Positions 6,946 to 10,674 of a stretch of DNA of 10,674 bases are shown here, in pieces. The notes beneath the pieces were generated by a model. That model made no database searches, was not told where the DNA came from, and saw only the letters and a list, made by a program, of their open reading frames with translations. Position 1 is the stretch's first letter. Each line of letters opens with the position of its first letter. The DNA comes from Fibrobacterota bacterium (GTDB lineage Bacteria; Fibrobacterota; Fibrobacteria; UBA11236), in the NCBI GenBank assembly GCA_043753995.1, contig JAYUVP010000264.1, positions 1 through 10,674 of the forward strand, read 5' to 3'. A program made the translations under genes and the position numbers.

Positions 6946-7638
6946 ATGCAAGAACGCGCCCAATCCTTTATTGACTTCATGCTGCAATGCGGGGCGCTCA
7001 AATTCGGCGACTTCACCACCAAGAGCGGACGGAAAACCCCCTATTTCATCAATACGGGCGCCTATCGCCGCGCTTCGCAATTAGCGGAGTTGGGGCGCTT
7101 TTATGCCGACGCCTTGTATGCCGCTCACGGCAAGGAGGTGGATAATTTATTCGGGCCAGCCTATAAGGGTATTCCTCTGGCTGTGGTCACGGCCGAAGCC
7201 CTATTTCAGCGTCATGGCCACGATGTCACCATTACCTTCAATCGCAAAGAAGCCAAAGATCACGGCGAGGGTGGATCTCTGGTCGGCTTCGACTATGCTC
7301 GTGAAGCGATGGCGAGTGTCTGCAGGGTTGTTTTGATTGAAGACGTGACCACGGCGGGTACTTCGGTACGCGAATCTTTGCCGCTCATTGAAGCCGGCGG
7401 CAAGGCCAAGGCTAATGGCTTGGTCGTGTCCGTCGATCGCATGGAACGAGGCCTCGGTCAGCAATCGGCTTTACAAGAAATCGCCGCCACTACGGGTATC
7501 AAGACTACAGCCATTGCCACACTCGTCGACTTGTTCACCTATTTGCGTAATACCGAAAAAGGTGCCCAATATTTGCAAGGCGACCCGTCTCTTTGGGATC
7601 GCATGCAGGCCTATCGTGACCAATATGGCGTGGCCTGA
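6946..7638 (+). CDS. pyrE: Orotate phosphoribosyltransferase, 230 aa
   Basis: ALKFGDFTTKSGRKTPYFINTG, LFGPAYKGIPLA, FNRKEAKDHGEGG (catalytic loop), PRPP-binding VVLIEDVTTAGTS, VSVDRMERG and C-terminal YRDQYGV are all OPRTase motifs. Confidence 0.98.
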   Translation: MQERAQSFIDFMLQCGALKFGDFTTKSGRKTPYFINTGAYRRASQLAELGRFYADALYAAHGKEVDNLFGPAYKGIPLAVVTAEALFQRHGHDVTITFNRKEAKDHGEGGSLVGFDYAREAMASVCRVVLIEDVTTAGTSVRESLPLIEAGGKAKANGLVVSVDRMERGLGQQSALQEIAATTGIKTTAIATLVDLFTYLRNTEKGAQYLQGDPSLWDRMQAYRDQYGVA

Positions 7639-7644
7639 AAATCC

Positions 7645-7660
7645 TGAGTTTATAAACTCA
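7645..7660. repeat. Perfect 16-bp palindrome TGAGTTTATAAACTCA at a convergent gene junction
   Basis: Self-complementary. It starts 7 nt after the pyrE stop and contains the TAA stop (7650-7652) of the minus-strand gene. Confidence 0.85.
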
Positions 7661-10580
7661 CATTAAAGCTCCACCAGGGGCTTGTCCAATCGTTCATGGG
7701 TGATATCATCACGGCCCGCAAATAGGCGACATGGGGGAAAATGCCCATGATTTTGATTTGCAATCCCAATTGGGTCAGGGCAATATCTTCGTTGACGGAC
7801 TGAGTCGAAGGCAAATCAATAGCCTTGTAAAATCTCGAAGACGGCACCTTGGGTGGGTACGGCCTTTTCATGATTCCCGACAAAGCCTCATCGGTGCCTT
7901 CGGACTCTTCGCTCATTCCCCCGATACCGGCGATCACGGTCATGCCCTGCAGCAAAGGTCCCCATCCCTGTCCGAAGCCAATGCGAGTGCGCAAGGGCAG
8001 GCGAAGGTGAGCCATAATCCAGCCCTCGGTGGTCAAAGCATCTTGGGTACCTAGGCTTTTTTGCAACCGTCCTTGGGCCGACAAAAAGAGGGCATGTTGC
8101 ACATTTCCGAAAGCCGCCAATTCGACTTGGGATTGCAAGTTGCCGCTGGTGATTAGCAAGGCGGCGGCATTGGCCGATAATCCTTGGGTAATTTCATCGA
8201 CGTCGAAATCCAAGCGCTGAAATTGCAATTGCGCGCCCGCCGCCAAGCCCAGGCCGTGCTCGGTATTATCCCCGGCTGAGGAGAGATCGGCCGTCATTCC
8301 CTGATAGAGGAAAAGGGGCGACAAAGCGATATGGTCATGCAAATTGAAATTGAGGGCCAAGGCGATTTGATAGAGTGTCAGTAATCGAGTCTTGACCGTG
8401 TCCTGCCCAAGGAGAAAAAGGTGATTTTCCAAATTGCCGAAAAGCAGGATGTCGGGGGCAAAGGTCTGCAAGGTATAAGCGAATTGGGCGTCCTTTAAAT
8501 AGAGCTGAGAATGGAGTTGTCCATCGTGGCAATAGCCTAGGGAGGAGGCTAGGGCGAATTGACTGTTTTGTCCCGGATCCATCCAAATGGATTGTCCTCC
8601 GGCTACCGAAATAGGCCCGCAGGGGTCGAGCACGAAATTCTCTTTACGCAATGGATCCTCGCTGACCTGAACTCGGGTGTGACTCGCCCGATATTCGACG
8701 ACTCCAAAATCGAGGACATAGCCCAGCCACTCCATGGCGGTGCGATCATAGCCTAAAGCCTTGGCCGGCAGTGGCGCCAGGGGCGGCATAGGCTTCGAGG
8801 CTGGCAAGGTGTCGGGCGGTAGCGTCGCACCTTGGGCGACCAGGGGAGCATAACGCAGCACAAAACCTTTGGCTTCATAATGCGTTGTAAACAGGGTGTC
8901 GTTTCGGACCATGGGAGTGAAGGCCGGTTCTTGCAAGGGCGTCAGCCGGGTAAGCCCGGAATCAGTACTGCGATAAATGGCATGCGAGCCTTCTCGATCG
9001 CTACTGAAATAAAGCGCGCTATCCGCCACAAAGGGATCGATTTCTTGGGCCGCTGTGGTTTGCAAAGGCTTCAATTCCCCCGAATTGGAATTGAGACTAT
9101 AAAGGTCGGCGGAAACACCTTGCACCACGGTGACCACCCATTCGCTGTCGCTGCGACCTGGCGTGATGTCGCGAAAATCCTGGCCCGGCAAAGCCGTCAA
9201 GGTCAGGGCCTTTTTTTTCTTTTTGGAAATGGGATGGGCGACAATTTTAGAAATTCCTCCACGGCTTTGTAGGGTCAATAGCCGCCCATCGCGGGCTTGC
9301 GCCACGGCCATTACGCCCTGGGTTTCTGTGATTTTGGAAACGGTTTTCGTTTTAAAGTCATAGCGATAAGCATTGCTCAGTCGCGCACCTGTGCCCACCT
9401 TCACGCGCACTGCCGGAAACAAAAGAGACTTGCCATCAGCGGATAAATGCAAAGGGGCCTGCACATTGCGCATGACTCTTTCCTGGAAGGAGCCTCGGTC
9501 TTGGCAGATCAAGTCCTGCATGCCATAGGCATTGCTGCGCGAGGATAAAAAGCAAAGCTCGCCCTTGGGGCCGAAAACGGGATGGCTTTCCACCGCATAA
9601 GCCAAGCCCTGGGGAATGGGGCGAGTGACCCTTTGAAAGCTTGCATCGACTTGGGCGGGGCGCTTGGGCAAGGTAGGTTTCCAACGCGAATAAATCTCGT
9701 CGGGGCTTTGGCCGAAAGCCTTTTGAAATCCCCGCCGCCAACCGTGTTGCGCCGAAATATCCATCATGTGATTGACCAAGGAATCCCCATAGCTTTGATA
9801 AAGCCAGGAGACCAAGCTGAAGCCTTGGGCATAAACCATTTCGGAGCGGCGACCATCGGCGGTGAAGGTGGCCATTTCCGCCAGCGAATGTAAGGAGCCA
9901 TCTTGATTGGCTTGCTCAATCAAAGCGCGACGATGGGCATCCAGGGTATCCCCGCCAGTGCGGTAAGCCCCATATTGGGCCAAGCCTTCGGCGAGCCAGG
10001 CGGGCGTGGAATTGGGATCGAAAAGAAAGTCGGCTTGGCCAAATTGGCGCTGCTTGACCGAAGACCATTCCGCGAATATCGAAATCCCCAGTAGGCGGCT
10101 ATCCGCTTTCATTTTTTGCAAGGTAAAGACATGGGCCAATTCATGCGAGGCCACATTGGCAAACCAATCGGTGGCGCCGCGCAATTGAAAATTCAACGGT
10201 GTGAGATAAAGCACAATCCAAGCATTATTCGCGAAGGCAAATCCATTGGGCGTATCCTCTTCGTCAATGAGCACGCATTGGATTTTTTGCCTGGGCGCGA
10301 ACTGATAAAATTGGTGATGGTGCTGCCAAAGGGCTTCCAATTGGGCCGACCACTCAGGCACTCGATCCTGATGTTGACGGGCTACGGTGATGTCGAAATG
10401 GGGGGTGGTAAAAGTGGCGCGCTGGCGAACCGTCGACATGGACCAAGAGGGGAGGGCAAGTGCCAAAGGAAAGCAGATGAGACGAAAAAAAACATTTAGG
10501 GCAAAAAGCGGCGCAGCAGGGTCTTTCTTCGCCTGACGTATGGGAAAAAGGCAAGCGAGCCAAGAAACCGAGGAGGCCAT
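7650..10580 (-). CDS. Large exported protein: N-terminal gluzincin (peptidase MA-like) domain, TolB/PD40-like beta-propeller and probable C-terminal outer-membrane beta-barrel, ~976 aa
   Basis: Signal-like FFRLICFPLALALPSWS; TPHFDI; PNGFA; VASHELAHVF (HEXXH at 10131-10145); PAWLAEGLAQY (third Zn ligand); YAQGFSLV.WL...YG. PD40-like repeats HPVFGPKGELCFLSSR, LSADGKSLLF and EIDPFVADSALYFSSDREG are followed by a Pro-rich linker and ~360 aa with amphipathic strand patterns ending WWSFNVSL. The start is uncertain because the frame is open to the window edge. ATG 10580 has AAGGA 10 nt upstream and lies downstream of a predicted promoter, while TTG 10643 has AAGGAG 9 nt upstream. Confidence 0.8.
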   Translation of the reverse strand: MASSVSWLACLFPIRQAKKDPAAPLFALNVFFRLICFPLALALPSWSMSTVRQRATFTTPHFDITVARQHQDRVPEWSAQLEALWQHHHQFYQFAPRQKIQCVLIDEEDTPNGFAFANNAWIVLYLTPLNFQLRGATDWFANVASHELAHVFTLQKMKADSRLLGISIFAEWSSVKQRQFGQADFLFDPNSTPAWLAEGLAQYGAYRTGGDTLDAHRRALIEQANQDGSLHSLAEMATFTADGRRSEMVYAQGFSLVSWLYQSYGDSLVNHMMDISAQHGWRRGFQKAFGQSPDEIYSRWKPTLPKRPAQVDASFQRVTRPIPQGLAYAVESHPVFGPKGELCFLSSRSNAYGMQDLICQDRGSFQERVMRNVQAPLHLSADGKSLLFPAVRVKVGTGARLSNAYRYDFKTKTVSKITETQGVMAVAQARDGRLLTLQSRGGISKIVAHPISKKKKKALTLTALPGQDFRDITPGRSDSEWVVTVVQGVSADLYSLNSNSGELKPLQTTAAQEIDPFVADSALYFSSDREGSHAIYRSTDSGLTRLTPLQEPAFTPMVRNDTLFTTHYEAKGFVLRYAPLVAQGATLPPDTLPASKPMPPLAPLPAKALGYDRTAMEWLGYVLDFGVVEYRASHTRVQVSEDPLRKENFVLDPCGPISVAGGQSIWMDPGQNSQFALASSLGYCHDGQLHSQLYLKDAQFAYTLQTFAPDILLFGNLENHLFLLGQDTVKTRLLTLYQIALALNFNLHDHIALSPLFLYQGMTADLSSAGDNTEHGLGLAAGAQLQFQRLDFDVDEITQGLSANAAALLITSGNLQSQVELAAFGNVQHALFLSAQGRLQKSLGTQDALTTEGWIMAHLRLPLRTRIGFGQGWGPLLQGMTVIAGIGGMSEESEGTDEALSGIMKRPYPPKVPSSRFYKAIDLPSTQSVNEDIALTQLGLQIKIMGIFPHVAYLRAVMISPMNDWTSPWWSFNVSL

Positions 10581-10614
10581 GTTGTTTTGATCCTTTTGAA
10601 GCGCTGGATGAGAA

Positions 10615-10643
10615 AGGCTACTTTCCCCGCCTGCGCTTTTCAA
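10615..10643 (-). promoter_or_regulatory. Putative sigma70-type promoter (TTGAAA-N17-TAGCCT) for the large exported protein
   Basis: Minus strand: TTGAAA (10643-10638), exactly 17 nt, TAGCCT (10620-10615, fits TANNNT). The -35 hexamer is the same as in the hemerythrin promoter. Confidence 0.5.
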
Positions 10644-10674
10644 AGTTTTCTTCTCCTTTGCATCTGCCGCAATG

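Noticed and set aside
9211..9224. A-rich tract (A5-G-A8 on the minus strand) encoding SKKKKK as a programmed frameshift or phase-variation site
   Set aside because: The reading frame is intact on both sides and the propeller-like repeats continue. A basic surface loop explains it.
574..10563. Numerous 60-160 aa overlapping or antisense ORFs in the six-frame track (e.g. 2172-2660, 3587-4033, 5617-6072, 8832-9272)
   Set aside because: They lie within or opposite well-supported genes, show no recognisable motifs, and are expected shadow ORFs in moderately GC-rich DNA.
1..10674. Mobile elements, CRISPR arrays, tRNA/rRNA genes, defence or toxin-antitoxin systems
   Set aside because: I saw no transposase, integrase or nuclease motifs, no regularly spaced repeats and no tRNA or rRNA signatures. 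Nearly all of the sequence is explained by the seven complete CDSs.

Overview
Bacterial chromosomal window with seven complete genes and a probable gene tail at the left edge. The origin is most likely FCB group/Fibrobacterota-like, inferred from a mitochondrial-type aconitase, a QLFP gene tail and the lipoprotein style. Left to right: possible 3' end of a TIGR02147/DUF4423-type gene; a multi-Ig-domain lipoprotein (+); an intrinsic terminator; then on the minus strand, in transcription order, a STAS anti-sigma-factor antagonist, an M3 oligopeptidase, a single-domain bacteriohemerythrin and aconitase. Next are a divergent pyrE (+) and a convergent ~976-aa exported protein (-) combining a gluzincin (HEXXH...E) domain, a TolB/PD40-like beta-propeller and a probable C-terminal outer-membrane beta-barrel. 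I found no mobile element, CRISPR array, rRNA or tRNA. The most notable observations are the protease-propeller-barrel protein, a branched RNA structure in the pyrE leader, -10 boxes 6-8 nt before the ATG of three consecutive SD-less genes (candidate leaderless mRNAs), and a hemerythrin directly upstream of an O2-labile Fe-S aconitase. All calls are by eye; no searches were run.
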